From Schmidtea polychroa (Eukaryota), in assembly GCA_044892525.1 (NCBI GenBank), contig CM097885.1, forward strand, positions 51,214,001 to 51,278,000: 64,000 bases of DNA, written 5' to 3'. The stretch's first letter is position 1. The number at the start of each line of letters is the position of its first letter. The notes beneath the pieces were generated by a model. That model saw only the letters and a program-made list of their open reading frames with translations. It was not told where the DNA came from and did no database searches. Made by a program: the position numbers and the translations under genes. Shown here piece by piece: positions 1 to 13,343 of this stretch.

Positions 1-476
1 CTCAAAGAGGAATGGTAAACGGAAATAATAATTTCAAGCAGCGAAACGTCAGTAACCGACAATTGGAATGCTGGACATGCAAGAAAATTGGTCATGTGAG
101 TCGAGAATGCCAAATGAAAAAGAAAATTACGTGTTTTGCATGCGGAGTTGAAGGCCACGTACGGCGAGAATGTTCAACGATTCAATGCCAGAGATGTCAC
201 TTACGTGGACACAAGGAGATTGACTGCTATACAAATTTGGAAAGAAGGAAGTTTCAAACTAATTCAAACATGAGAAACAATAATTATTATGCCCATCGAA
301 CCACAAGCTATCAACAAAAGATCAACAATCCAAGAAGAACAATTGCAGCAATTGAACCTAATGATGAGACGATGCCATTGGAGTATTCAGACGATGCAGA
401 AGACAAATATGAGGAGATTCAGCACCCAAAAGTACATGCTTCGACACGGGAGGCAATGATCGGAGCAATATACTAG
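1..476 (+). CDS. gag: Gag C-terminus (nucleocapsid) with three CCHC zinc knuckles; 5'-truncated by the window
   Basis: CWTCKKIGHVSREC, CFACGVEGHVRREC, CQRCHLRGHKEIDC; stop TAG at 474-476. Confidence 0.92.
   Translation, partial: QRGMVNGNNNFKQRNVSNRQLECWTCKKIGHVSRECQMKKKITCFACGVEGHVRRECSTIQCQRCHLRGHKEIDCYTNLERRKFQTNSNMRNNNYYAHRTTSYQQKINNPRRTIAAIEPNDETMPLEYSDDAEDKYEEIQHPKVHASTREAMIGAIY
425..467 (+). promoter_or_regulatory. Candidate -1 programmed ribosomal frameshift signal (gag-pol)
   Basis: C CCA AAA heptamer (425-431) in gag phase. Stem TGCTTCGA(437-444)/TCGGAGCA(460-467) follows. The -1 frame is open from 413 into pol. Confidence 0.8.
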
Positions 477-3123
477 GTAATTTTGATATTGATGTAAATA
501 TTGGTCATAATAATTTTAATAATGTAAATAATCCTTATATATATAATAATGTAGAACCTTTATGTAATAATATTTGTAATTTTAAAAAGTTTCCTTTAAA
601 TAATTTTAAATGTTATAGTTATTTTAATGCTGATCGATCTTTAATAAATAATAATAATAATAATCCTAAGAATCAAGAAGAGTATAGTAAAATTAAAGAA
701 GCAGAATATAATAATAAAATAGTAAATGAAAAAGTTTATAAATTTATTAAGAAGGCAGAAGATAAATTAGAGAGAAATGAAATTGGGTGGATTAATGAAA
801 TATCAGAGGAGCAAAATATTTTCACTAAAGATGAATGGAAACGACCGAAATTGAGTTATGACAAAATGCAAGGTAGACCGAGTACAACTCTTGAAATTCA
901 GGGTTATAGAATGGAATGCTTACTAGATACAGGAGCAAGAGTAAATGTAATGGCAGAAGCAGTTGTGGAAAAATTAGTGAATGTGAAAATCATAAAAACA
1001 GATGAGATGTTAAGATGTGCAAATGATAGTAAATTAGAGACAATCGGAAAAATATATATTGATGTTAGAATTGGTAATATGGAAAGAAAAATAACATTTA
1101 TAATAGTTAAAAATATTGTTCCAGATATAATAGGCGGAGTGGAATTGCAGAAAGAGTTTGGAATTGAATTAAACTACATCAAGCAAAATGAAGAAGGACA
1201 TAATGAATTTGTATGTGAAATAGAGGCTAGATTTGGGGAAAAGATTACAGATAACGAGAGATGTCAAAGAGCAATAGAAATTCTAAGATTAAACGAAAAT
1301 AAAAGACTGTTAGAGATTGTTAAAAACAATAAAAGTGTTTTTATGGCTAATAACTGGGATATCGGATGTACTGATTTAATTGCACATAAAATCATCACAA
1401 AAGAAGGGCCAATTATGATAAAACCCAGAAGACAACCCATCAATTTAGAGGAGAAAATAAATGCTGCTATAAAAAATTTAGAAAATAATGATATCATAAG
1501 AAGATGTAATTCACCTTGGAATACGCCGTTAGTATGCGTGTGGAAAAAAGACAAAAAAGATATCAGACTTTGTTTTGATTTTAGACAGCTTAATAAGATT
1601 ACTGAAAGACAAGCTTTTCCTATGCCGAATGTAGAAGAAATTCTAGATACATTACATGGATCTAAGTACTTTAGTTCTATAGACCTTGGGAACGCTTATT
1701 ATCAGGTGAAATTGGACATAGAATCGCAAGAAAAGACAGCATTTTCTACTAAAGAAGGACAATTTTGTTTTAATAGAATGCCTTTTGGCATTGCGGCGGC
1801 ACCGGGTACATTCCAAGAGTTAATGACAAAAATATTGAAAGATCTATGGAAAGAAGGAGTTATGGTGTATTTAGACGATATTTTAATTTTTACAAGAACA
1901 ATTGAAGAACATTACAATGTGTTTGGAAAAGTTCTAGAGAAAATAAGGGAAGCTAAATTGAGAATCAACCCAGAAAAATGTCAGTTATTAAAGAGCGAAG
2001 TAAAGTTTTTAGGGCACATTATTAACAGTCAGGGGATTCGGACAGATCAAAGTAAAATTGAGGCTATTAAATCATTTCAGAGGCCTAAGTGTATAAAGAA
2101 TTTGAGAAGCTTTTTAGGTATATGTAACTATTATCGGAGATTTATTAAGGAATATGCAACAAAATCAAGAGCGCTAGAAAGCATATGTGGAAGCAATAGT
2201 GAAAAAATAATCTGGACTGAGGAATGTGAGAAAGCTTTCGAAGAAATGAAAATGGCGTTGACTACAGCGCCAATTCTCGTATTTCCAGATTTCAAGAAAG
2301 AATTCATATTAGATACAGACGCAAGCTTTGATACAATTGGAGCTGTATTATCACAAAGAGATGAAATGGGGCATGAACACGTTATTGCATATGGATCCCA
2401 TGCAATGAGTAGCCATGAAAGAGGATATTGTATAACACGAAAAGTGCTTTTGGCTATATATTATTTCTGTCCCCATTTCAACCATTATTTATACGGTAAA
2501 CGGTTTGTTTTGCGCACTGATCATAAAGCAATAACTTTTATGTTAACGACAAAGAAACCTATAACAGCACAGTTCCAAACGTGGATAAATTACTTGAGCA
2601 GTTTAGACATAAAAATGGAGTTCAGAAAAGGTACGGCGCATACGAATGCAGATATGCTGTCTAGAAATACATGCGGCAAATGTGTACAATGTTTGATGGA
2701 CCATGATAACCCCAAATCAGGGCGATTAAAAACTAGATTGTTAACATTGATGACCGAAAATAATGGAAATGAATGGCAAAGAGATAATGCAGAAATACAA
2801 GATATAAAAGATCAAATAAATGAAAGGAAAAATAATAAATATATATTAAAAGGAAATATTATCTATACCAATCAAAACAAAATATGGATACCAGAAACAA
2901 AAAGACGAGAAATGATTAAGGAAACACATTTATTATTATGCCACGCAGGAGTAGAAAAAGTTATGAAATATATTAGGAACAATTTTGATATGGAAGATTT
3001 GCTAAATGAAGTAAAAGAGACTATTTCAATATGTGAAGCATGCCAGAAAAACAAAGTTTTAACTACAAAGTCAAAAGAAAAAACCCAAGTAATTCAAGCT
3101 TCAGAACCTATGGAGAAAATATA
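425..3123 (+). CDS. pol: Pol part 1: Asn-rich spacer, aspartic protease, reverse transcriptase, RNase H, integrase HHCC zinc finger
   Basis: The frame of ORF 851..3160 stays open upstream to 413. Motifs LLDTGA, YLDD, DTDAS, TDH and H-x4-H...CEAC. The RNase H ELLA motif reads VLLA (likely inactivating). Confidence 0.92.
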
Positions 3124-3696
3124 CCCTAAGTTCTTGTCTATAAGCCGGACTCGTGCATAAACCGGTTTCTCTAAATCACATATATTAAAAAAATTTTTTT
3201 TTATCTTAGATAAGCCGGGCTCATGGATAAGCCGTAAAGTTTTTAAGTAATTTCGCGCATATTTATTGGACCTCAACGTGCGTAATGGCATCCCGTTGAT
3301 CTTTTACAGCAAGATAGTCTACAAAACCGCATAATAGGAAATGGCCCTCATATGGTAGCAGGCTGGTTCGACGAATGCTGGGATGAAATAACGGTGGATT
3401 GCATTAAAAATGGATTTAAGGCTGCGAATATCTGTGAATATTCAAATGAAGAGGCAATAAGGGTCACTTGTAGCGAAGAAGAATTTGAAGAAGAATCCGA
3501 AAGCGAAATTGAATCAGAAATTCCAGCATCTTATAATGATATTCTTGAGTTTTTCAATACTGAATCAGGAGAAGAATTTGATGGCTTTGATTAATCGAGA
3601 ATTTAAATTAAAAGGAAAATTATTAGTGGGCAAATATTTTTTTAAAAATGCATAACCTTTTCATTTAATATATTTTGTGTATAAGCCGTACTTATG
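3124..3696 (+). mobile_element. Internally deleted pogo/Tigger-type element inserted in the gypsy integrase
   Basis: Flanked by TA (3122-3123 and 3697-3698). Removing it restores MEKI-YMDICGP. It carries a transposase C-terminal remnant (WDEITVDCIKNGFKAANIC plus acidic tail, 3352-3594) and repeated TATAAGCCG subterminal motifs. The right TIR is damaged. Confidence 0.8.
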
Positions 3697-4446
3697 TACA
3701 TGGATATTTGCGGTCCATTAAGAGAAACCTTCAGAGGAGAAAAATATATTTGTGCAATAATCGATCATTACAGTAAATACATATCTCTAACTCCTATTAG
3801 AAAGCAAGATGAAAATACAATAAAGGCAGTTTTGTTAAATAATTGGATATTGAAATTTGGAGCCCCTAAGGAACTACATGTTGATTGTGGAAAATATTTC
3901 GAAGCAAGTAGCATTAAAGAACTAGCAAAGGCAGCAGGAATTGAGTTGATATTTTCGAGTCCGTATCATCATAATACTAATGGTGTAATTGAAAGACAAT
4001 TTCGTACTATAAGAGACTATATTAACGCGTCACTCAGAGAAGGAGTTAAAAAAAGCTGGGCAGAATTAATACCTGATATAGAATACGTTTTAAATGCGAC
4101 AGCTCAAAAAACTACTGGAGTGAGTCCAGCAGAAATTATTTTTGGAAGAAAGATTAATAGATCGCAATGGCATAGTAATAATGAAGTGGATAGAAATGAA
4201 ATCATGCGGAAATTAGAGGCTAAAAGACAGCAAGCGAAAGAAATTGGCACAACTAGGAACTTAGAAGTGGGGGACAAAGTATTGGTGAAACAAGAAATTA
4301 GAAACAAAGATCACGAGAGATATGAAGGACCATACACAGTAATAAAACGAAATCATGAAAGAAGTTATTTATTAACAGACGAAAATGGAAGAAAAATAAC
4401 GAGGAATATAGAAAAGTTAAAGCATTTTAAAGAAGGGGGGATGTAA
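3697..4446 (+). CDS. pol: Pol part 2: integrase catalytic core and GPY/F domain
   Basis: MDICGP, HVDCG..(35 residues)..ER giving D,D(35)E, and YEGPY; ends across the polypurine tract. Confidence 0.92.
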   Translation, partial: YMDICGPLRETFRGEKYICAIIDHYSKYISLTPIRKQDENTIKAVLLNNWILKFGAPKELHVDCGKYFEASSIKELAKAAGIELIFSSPYHHNTNGVIERQFRTIRDYINASLREGVKKSWAELIPDIEYVLNATAQKTTGVSPAEIIFGRKINRSQWHSNNEVDRNEIMRKLEAKRQQAKEIGTTRNLEVGDKVLVKQEIRNKDHERYEGPYTVIKRNHERSYLLTDENGRKITRNIEKLKHFKEGGM

Positions 4447-4619
4447 GGAGTTAGTAAACCTCTATATAAAATTATTATGGTTAAATGGTAGAAGTGAGAT
4501 CAGTTAGTAGAAATAATTATTTCTGTTAAATTTGTATATTTAAATTCTATATTAAATTATATCATATTATATTAAATTATATTAAATTAAATCAATTAAA
4601 TGTATGACCAGTAATTACA
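4428..4619 (+). repeat. Polypurine tract and start of 3' LTR
   Basis: AAAGAAGGGGGGA followed by TGTAAGGAG at 4442; TATATAAA near 4464. LTR end uncertain. Confidence 0.7.
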
Positions 4620-6039
4620 TTAATATTAATAATTATCACGCCTCGGTGTTTAAATATTCTAGTAAACGGCACAATTTTTGAAGTTGTTATAAAAATAAAT
4701 GCTTGAAGAAGACTTGAATTTAATTGCGTCTAACACTAACTATTAAAGGTATGAATTTATGGTCTAGTGACAGGAAATATTTAATCTCATCATTAAATAA
4801 ATTTGAAAGGATTTAATAAATAATTAAAAGAAATCCAAATTTTATCCCGACGTTTTGTGAATTGATACAAAAATGCAGTTTTAAATTAAACCTTAAATGT
4901 GTCTTTGTAATTTTGAGACAAACCGGTTATAATAAATAGGAAAACTATTTCAAAATCAACTATTATTTTGTTTCAATTAAAACAAAAATCGGTTTTACAA
5001 TGTCTGATTTCTAATGTTCAAATAACACTTCTCAATTGGGAATTCCAATATGCATTGATAAATTGAAATAAAAACCAATTTCCGTTAGATATTAAAGAAT
5101 AATAAAAAGTTTTGTTCAATTTGTTGCAGGATTTTTTTGCATTTATTCTTTTTAATTTTCTTCAATGCGTCTTCATTTTTCTTTCAATTCCTTTTAGGTT
5201 TTAATTAAATTTGTGTCTAATTTTTCCTTTATCTCTAACAAAATTAAACGCATAATTTTTCACATGCTTTGCTTCCGTGATATACATTAGTAAACTGTTT
5301 ATTTAATGACAAACAATATCGAAATCTGTAATTTCTGACATTTTTTGACAGTTTGACCCGGGTTTAAACTTTATTTTTCATTCTCTTGATGCTATATTTT
5401 CATGATATTAATTCTAAAAATCCACTTTTTTTGGTTTTTTTAATTGATGTTTAGTATTAATTCATACAAATATGATTATTATAGGAAAAAATTCATATAA
5501 GCCTTTGTAGTTTTATTTATAAAGAAAAATAAACAAATTTTTGTAAAATAAAATTTCATTGATTTAAATATTCATTTTCAAAAATAAAGACAATAAGAAC
5601 TATGTAAAACAATAGAAAATACTCCAATTTACATAAAATGCAGTAAAGTACTTTATCTCACCCACTGAGAGATCATTTTGTCTGTAATAACCTCTTTTCA
5701 ATATTCGTAACCTCTATTCGTATTACTCCTTCATTTGAATGTCTATCATGTGATATCGAAAATTTTCATGTTTAACTAAATTACTTATGAAAAGAGTCAA
5801 AATGACTATGTTTCCCTTAAATTACCTAACTAAATTTTACCCTAAATAGCTGTGTTTTCTAACTAAATTAAGAAATTAAGAATTATTGATTAAACTCCAA
5901 CCATGTTTTATCTGGTAGCAACAACAATGACGAACTCAAGACAATATAAACTTTTATTGATCAACACAATGAATATTTACAGAAACATCAATAATTTATT
6001 ATTAAATCAACAACTTGAGTGCTTATTGCAGCCCTTAGG

Positions 6040-6690
6040 AGGAATATAACATCACAACAACTTAAATACTGTTTCTGGTTTTGACAGTCGGTAGAATAGA
6101 TTTAGATGCTTTCCTGTCTTTAACTTGAAATTATTTTATACTCGGGATTAATAACTTTAATTTGGTTTAGATTGCATCTTTGATCTGACAATGTATTCTC
6201 CGGTAATTTCGTAGTTCAATTTACATTTCATTTTAATTCTTTTCTCATATCTGTTTTCTTCCTTTAAAATTATGTTTCCATTTTTCTTTTAAACTTGCGA
6301 CTCCTTTTCTCTTTTAAAATTCTGTCCCTGAATTTAATTTTGTTTTGCTTTTTTAGTTTGCCATTCAATAACACTCACAGATAATTATTTTAACTTCCAG
6401 TACATTCTCTAGTTCTCTTCTTCAGTTCTCGTTTTATCTCTGACAGGTATTGAGATATATAATAAAAAAATGTTACCTCGTTGATACATTTTCTTTATTT
6501 CGGACAAGCTATCGAGAAATACAAATTTAATTTTTATTTTAGTCTTGTTTTTACTTTTTAACTTTTTACTTGTTAATTAAGAACAACCTTGTACTATTTC
6601 ATTGTTTGATTTTATGCCATTTTTTCATTTCTTTCTTTTGCTCCTCCTTCTCAAAAATCTGGTACAACATTAACTCTATTTTCTAATTAT
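6040..6690 (-). pseudogene. Decayed coding-like relic, homologous to 48480-49030 (+)
   Basis: Reverse complement shares collinear blocks with 48.5-49.0 kb (e.g. TTTTGAGAAG, AAAATCAAACAATGAAATA, TAATTTCAAGTTAAAG). Many stops; family not recognised. Confidence 0.5.
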
Positions 6691-8087
6691 TTTCCCCACT
6701 CATATTACTCACTTTAATAATATTTTAATTTTATTTTTTTTGGTATTCTCAACCAAATAGTAATTAATTTTTAAATTCAAAAAAATTGCGGGAAACAAAT
6801 TTTCAAATGAATGTCATGATTTTAATTAAAACAAAATTTCATATTATTAGATAAAAAATAATGAACTTTTTGTTGTTGTTTCAGAAATTTTACTTAATGT
6901 TTATGAAGAAAAAAATCAGGTAATTTTATTTATAATTTGTTATTTATACTTTTTAAAATTATTATAAACTGTTTAAATCAAAACCTAGTCAAGTAATGTA
7001 CATCGTGCAAATAAAAAAAGGAACTTTAAGCCTTGCAAGAAGTATAAAGAATTGTGTTTAATATATTTATAACAATTAAGTAAAACGAAAAAAAATTCAA
7101 AGTCCAAGCTTTAGCTTATTCATATTTTTAATGACTTGCATTTTTCATGATATGTATTCCGATTCACTTATCAAAATATAAAAGTATAAATTAACAAAAA
7201 TAAAATTTAATTCAATTTTTATTCTTCGTCTAAGATTTTGAAACCTGAAATTTATTTTAATTTTGCTACTTGTACGCAGTGGCGTATCTAGGGTAAATGA
7301 TGCTATGGCAAACACCGATCTTGCGCCTCTCTCCGACGATAGGTTACTTACGTTTTATTTTCTAAAAAACTACTTTAGAATTGGGTAAAAAAGCACACAA
7401 GTTAAATCTATTAACACTTTATTACAAATTTATCTTTCTTGATTTAGCTGATGCAAATTGTTTAATTATATTATCAAAGTCAATTTCTTCGGTCATTTCT
7501 CGTTCTATGCTAAGCAAAATCACATAATCGACTTTGGCCCGTCGAGGCTCTCAAATATGAAAGTATCAATTTTAATTTGCTAAATGATCTTTCGCAACTG
7601 GCAATAGAAACCGCGATTGTCAGCAATATTTGCAATGCTATACACATATTGGGAAAAACGTTTTCATCTCCATACTGAACTATAAAATTAAGTAATTGTT
7701 CGGGGCTTGATATTTTTTCGGTACGGCTTGTTAGTAGTGTTCTAAAATCCAAAATTTCTTCATATAATTCTTGCCCATTCACATCACAACTGTAGGCTTC
7801 TCCATAATTTTTCACAACGCTCTTTCAAGTAGTTTGTTTCGGCTTTAAAAAACTACCCTTCCATATAAAGATGAAATCCAAATTTTTCATCAATTTCTTG
7901 TAAACGAACTTTTTAATTCATTGAATAGACCGTCGACAGTCCCTTTCATAAGTCTTTCTGACGTTAATTCGCGTCTGTGTGCGCGTTGGGGTCGGAGATT
8001 GTGTTTGTGATTTGTCTGCACACACAGACGCGATCAGTGTAATTTTGGAGTATTATTATCGAGTTTTTTGGATTGCTACCTCTAGAT

Positions 8088-8208
8088 CAGTGGTACGCAA
8101 ACTATGTGCCGCGGCATATTAGTGTGCCGTAAAAGAATTTAAAATGTGCTTTTTTTCTATCTATTTTTTCTATTTTGTGCCGGGAGGTAAAAGGTTTGCG
8201 TACCACTG
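8088..8208. mobile_element. 121-bp hAT-type MITE
   Basis: TIR CAGTGGTACGCAAAC / GTTTGCGTACCACTG with perfect 8-bp TSD CTCTAGAT (8080-8087, 8209-8216). Confidence 0.93.
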
Positions 8209-8479
8209 CTCTAGATTTTAGATCAGATCCGTCAGATTCCATATTTTCAGATCAAAGTTTCGACAATTTTGTAACGAGAATTATGAATCAATTTGAACAA
8301 AGTGGTCCCCCACCAGCAAATGAGGCAGATATTAAGATATTACAAGTCAAGAAAATCACGGAAGCTAATGATACATGTTCTATTTGTCTGTCAGATTATG
8401 AGGTGGCCGATGAAGTGTACGAGTTGCCCTGTCAGCATAAATACCAAGTTCAGTGTCTAAAAACGTGGTTTATTAAACA
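8209..8479 (+). pseudogene. Fragment of an RNF115/RNF126-type RING-H2 E3 ligase gene
   Basis: IMNQFEQSGPPPA followed by CSICLSDY..LPCQHKYQVQCLKTW. Second His is substituted and the final CxxC is missing. Confidence 0.78.
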
Positions 8480-9553
8480 CTTTCCATTTCTTCTTTAGTT
8501 GATAAACCAGCATATCTCGATGTTTCACCATCCATTCTTTTCTTTCCTTTGTGTCGTCTTTCAAATTCAATGTCCCATTCATTGCAAATTCGAATTCCTT
8601 CTATCAGTGAGTCACTAACTAACATTTCTTTTTCATCATGAAAATAATTTTGGAGAACTTTTATATCTAAAGCTGCTTCATGAAAGTTCATTTTAGAGTC
8701 CTGCAACCTCTTTTGAACGCACTAATACGAATTAATATCTTGTTCCAAAACCCTAGCAACGTTAAAAATTCATATGTTAATATGCGATTATAGAGTTGCT
8801 TTGCGTCCCTTTTAGTTTCACTAGTCTCGCTTTCATCGTCCATCATGTTCTGGAGAAGTTCCACTATTTGCTCGAGATATTGGTTAACAGGTTTTACAGA
8901 TTCCGTTTTTGCGTTCCACCTGGTATCGGAGTCAGACGTATAAGCCACATGTCTTTCTTCTTCTCAAATGAACGTTTCATAGTTCTCAATTCTCAGGTAC
9001 TATTTTCTAAAGTATAAAAAAAGAAAACAATTATTTATAATTTGCAATTTGCAATATTGTTTAAAATACGAACACTGATTAACAGCCATTTTTTAAAAAA
9101 TCACGAAATAAAATTTTATGAACATATGAATAAATATATGATATTGTTCAAGAAGTACATCATTTACAAATTTCATTTCAATATCCTCATAGTAAAGAAA
9201 TTAACATTTTTATTAATGTTCCCTCTTAGTAGAATAGAATTTAAATTTAAAACCAATTTTAACTACTTAAAAAAATATAGAAATATATATTTAACTTAAT
9301 ATCTCTTAAAGTTATAAAAAAACACTGGCCACTTTAACATTCAACAAATTTGTCGTTTAAAAGGTAAGTTAGAGATTATTCAGGATCCATTCGATCGAAA
9401 AACTATCAACTATGTATAAAATAAAATCAAATGCAAACCAATTTTGAATTGAGCAACAGATTGCAAAGAGACAAGGTATAGTTAGGTAGGAAAATAAGAG
9501 ATGAATGCAAATATATTAATAATTAATAAAAAGTCAATTAGAAAAACTAAGCT

Positions 9554-9716
<163 letters not shown>

Positions 9717-10312
9717 GTGAACACAAGCATATTATAATTGCTGAGTATTTTCTCGGAAGATTCACAATTAATTTAAATATATTCACAATATTTGGATTTG
9801 GAAGAATAATGAGCTTTTGAAGTTGACTGAGAGAGCAATTATGATTTGCATTTTTCATACACGCACCTTTTATATATAATTGACGTAGGACCAAGATTTT
9901 GAGTGATATTTATTCAAGTCTAAACTGATTGATCTGGAATATAATTCCTTTTATGCAATTCACATTTTCGAAAAAACATATATTTGCTGCAAAATAGAAA
10001 TAAATTATACTGTTTAATCATTTTGTTTTATTGGTAAGTATAATATTGTATAATTCGTGATATAATTAATTTTCCATATCAAAAAATGCAAGAACTACGT
10101 GAAGAGTAATTTTCTAAATATTTAAAAACTCATTTTCTTACAAAATTAACTTCCGATCTAATATTGGAAAAATCAATTCTTATTTTCAAAATTCTTTTTT
10201 TTTAATTAAATATTTTACGAAAAATATAGAATGACAAATAACAAGATTTTAAAATAAAAACTTTTTTATATAAATTTAAAAAATGTTGCATTATTATTTT
10301 GCAAATGGAATG

Positions 10313-10679
10313 CAGTGGCGTAGCTAGAGTACTTGGCGCCCGGGGGCAGGGATATTTTTGGCGTCCTGGGCTTACTATAAAAAATTTTTTTTGATATTAA
10401 AATAGACATATGTAAAAACGCGAAATATAAAATGCATATTAATAAATTCTAAAATAATATTTTAAAAAAATATAAAATATAAAATATAAAAATATAACAA
10501 AACTAGAAAAAAACTGGAAAACAGAAAAATAAAATCCCTTTTTCATCGTTTATTTTAAAAAATTTTCAATGCTTGGCTATATTTATATATTTTATATATA
10601 TTGCGTTCAATCCGACGACCCAAAAATTGTGGCGCCCGGGGCAACTGTCACCCCTCGCCCCCACCTCGCTACGCCACTG
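10313..10679. mobile_element. hAT-type MITE
   Basis: TIR CAGTGGCGTAGC / GCTACGCCACTG, TSD ATGGAATG/TTGGAATG (7 of 8), GGCGCCCGGGG subterminal motifs. Confidence 0.9.
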
Positions 10680-12557
10680 TTGGAATGCAATAATAATAAA
10701 TGAATTTTGAAGAACTTTTTTCAGTCTGACAATTCGAATATGGATCCATTTTAAATCTATTGTTTAATTCTTTTTACATAACTGAAATATTTTTATTATT
10801 AGATGGAAAAAAAGCTTTAAGTTGTGAGTGTTTCATTGCATTTAAAAACTAATAATAAAATGTACTTGCAATAAAGATAGTTAAATATTACAAAATATTT
10901 CACATTCTCACCTCGATTAAAAATTTGAAAGATATTCAACTTATTTATATTTTTTAATGTTTGTTAATGGTTATTTTAGTGCCATTATTTTTATTAATGT
11001 TTTAACATTATAAACACTTTGATTTAATATAAGCCCAAACATACAGAATGAACTAGGTTTAAAGACACAAACAAACAAAAAAACACATATATATATTACA
11101 CGATGTGTGGAATTTCTATAATAAACAAATATGTAAGCAAGCGATAAAATACACCATCTTAAAAAGAAACACCTATTTTTAATAAAATAACTTTTTTAAT
11201 GAAAATATAAAACATTTCCGAGGCCAGTATTCGAAGTACACTTTCATTTTGAGAAAACGAAGAAAGAAATTCGTGAGTTTTAATTGTTTATAATTAATAC
11301 TTGTCAAATTATTGTTTAAAAATCATTTCCACCATATCAAAATCTTTGATAAAATAGTAAATTATGGGCTATTAGGTTTATAAATATTTTAAAATTTGAT
11401 ATTTATTTAATAAATCTAATAATTAAAAATTACACTCCATAAAGTTGTATTAATAAAGTTGTATATTAGTGAATAACATTTTGTTTTCATTTACCCCTTT
11501 GTTATGATTATTACATTAAGTCATCCATTAAAAACATTTAGTTTTACAGTTCATCTCTTTGAGGTTCATCGATTTTTGTAGTTTACCGAAATTCGTAGAA
11601 AATATTTAAATTTATATTTAGATAAAACTATTTTATTTTGTAAATAGATGCTCATTTATATTTTGATCCGATCCTGGTGGCCATATGATCTGATAAATTT
11701 TCTTTATGAGTTGTGATTTGTTTAAATCGATGAACATTTTAAATATTTCATTAAAAAATACATTATGGATTACAAGTAAATAGTAATGATAATAAAATAA
11801 TAAATAATAAAAATTTACATAAAATCTAAAAATATTAATTAAAACAATTTTAGGATAACAGAAATAACTTTAAAAATTAATTGTTGAAATTAATTAAATA
11901 AGATAATTTATAAATATAAATTAAAGATCAATAAAAAAGTAATAATAGTAAAAGTGAGTGAATTTAAAATATCTAATTATGAAATTTTACAGTCAAAATG
12001 TAATATTATCATGAATACTGAAATTGCATGAATAAATTTTGCATAAATATTATCTAAGTTTATTTATTAAATAATGTATCCGAATTTTCTTATGACTATG
12101 AAATAATTTTATGTTTTCTACAGTGTCATCAGTTTTATCGGTAACTTAGATGCTATAAGAGAAGATTTACAATGAAAACCACATTTAAAAAATCATTGAC
12201 TCGATTATAATTATAAATCAATCTACAGTCATTGACTCTTCATTTTTTATTTGATGTGATTTACAATTTTCTTTTTTTCCTTTCTTTTTCAACTTTAAAT
12301 CAATCTTTAATATTTACCGCAACTTTATACACATCATTTTGGAAACACTTGGGGAAATGCAGTGCAACGGATTCGTATGAAATATAAAATATTGATCTTC
12401 AGAGAAAATAAAATTATGAAAATTGTGTAAATTATTCCAAAAGAATTCCAAATCTAGATCAAATTGATCAATTAGTTGATGATAACTTTTTGAAAGTTTT
12501 TTAATTACTAAATAAAGATAACATGAGACACTGCAAATATTAAAGTAGACTATTTTA

Positions 12558-12699
<142 letters not shown>

Positions 12700-13343
12700 A
12701 GCTTGAAGACTATATAAATCATTAATATATCGCATACTTTACAAGCTTCTTCTTCAACAAAGAATAGCGTATAGCAAAATTGTTTTCAAGAAAAACTATT
12801 AAATCTAAATAAAATTAAAAACTGTGGATTTCATCGATTATTATTAGTTAATTTGTGTTCCCTCAGGTTTTCTACATTTATTCTTTACTTGTCAAACGTT
12901 AATCCCTTGCTTGTCAATGATAAATCTTTTTTGAAATCATATTTGAAATTATATCTAGAGACTCTTTAGCATTATTTTTTACATATTTGCTTAATCATTT
13001 ATCACCTGTTTCCTCTTTAAACGAAATATGTAGATTTTTAAGCTCAAAGTTTAATTGTTTTATTTTACATTAATTTGAACAACCTTAACAATATATTTAC
13101 ATATTAATGTTAGATACATTGTAACAAAACTGATCGCCTTCATTTAATTATAACCAGATTTAATAATAGCCTATTTCCTTAAAATGGAACGTACCTTACA
13201 GTACAACCTTATTCCCACACACTTATATTACAATTTATAATTGTTTATTATATAATATTATATATTTACTATATCCTGAAGCCACTAAATATAAACCCTT
13301 GGTGTATTGTCCGTGTCAAATCAGTATCAGAGATACCTTTCAC

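Larger units (their letters stand above)
1..4619 (+). mobile_element. Ty3/gypsy LTR retrotransposon (5' part outside window), integrase interrupted by a pogo-type insertion
   Basis: gag zinc knuckles, then PR-RT-RH-IN order, polypurine tract and TGTAAGG LTR start at 4442. Right boundary is tentative (TTACA at 4615-4619). Confidence 0.93.
7959..8479 (+). mobile_element. TG...CA-bounded insertion with 5-bp duplication, carrying a hairpin and a RING fragment
   Basis: CTTTC at 7954-7958 and 8480-8484. Removal restores hAT reading KEEME-RLMKG. Confidence 0.65.
7277..8960 (-). mobile_element. hAT transposon remnant (3' half of transposase plus one TIR), split by a 521-bp insertion
   Basis: CAGTGGCGTA terminus at 7277. 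Fragments SDTRW (8688-8948), KRMDGE (8473-8706) and the hAT dimerisation motif LLTIAVSIASCERSFSKLKLI (7510-7815). Frameshifted. Confidence 0.88.

Noticed and set aside
1264..4307. Short minus-strand ORFs over pol (and over the Tigger, MULE, GPCR and piggyBac ORFs)
   Set aside because: Antisense shadows of real coding sequence with no independent motifs.
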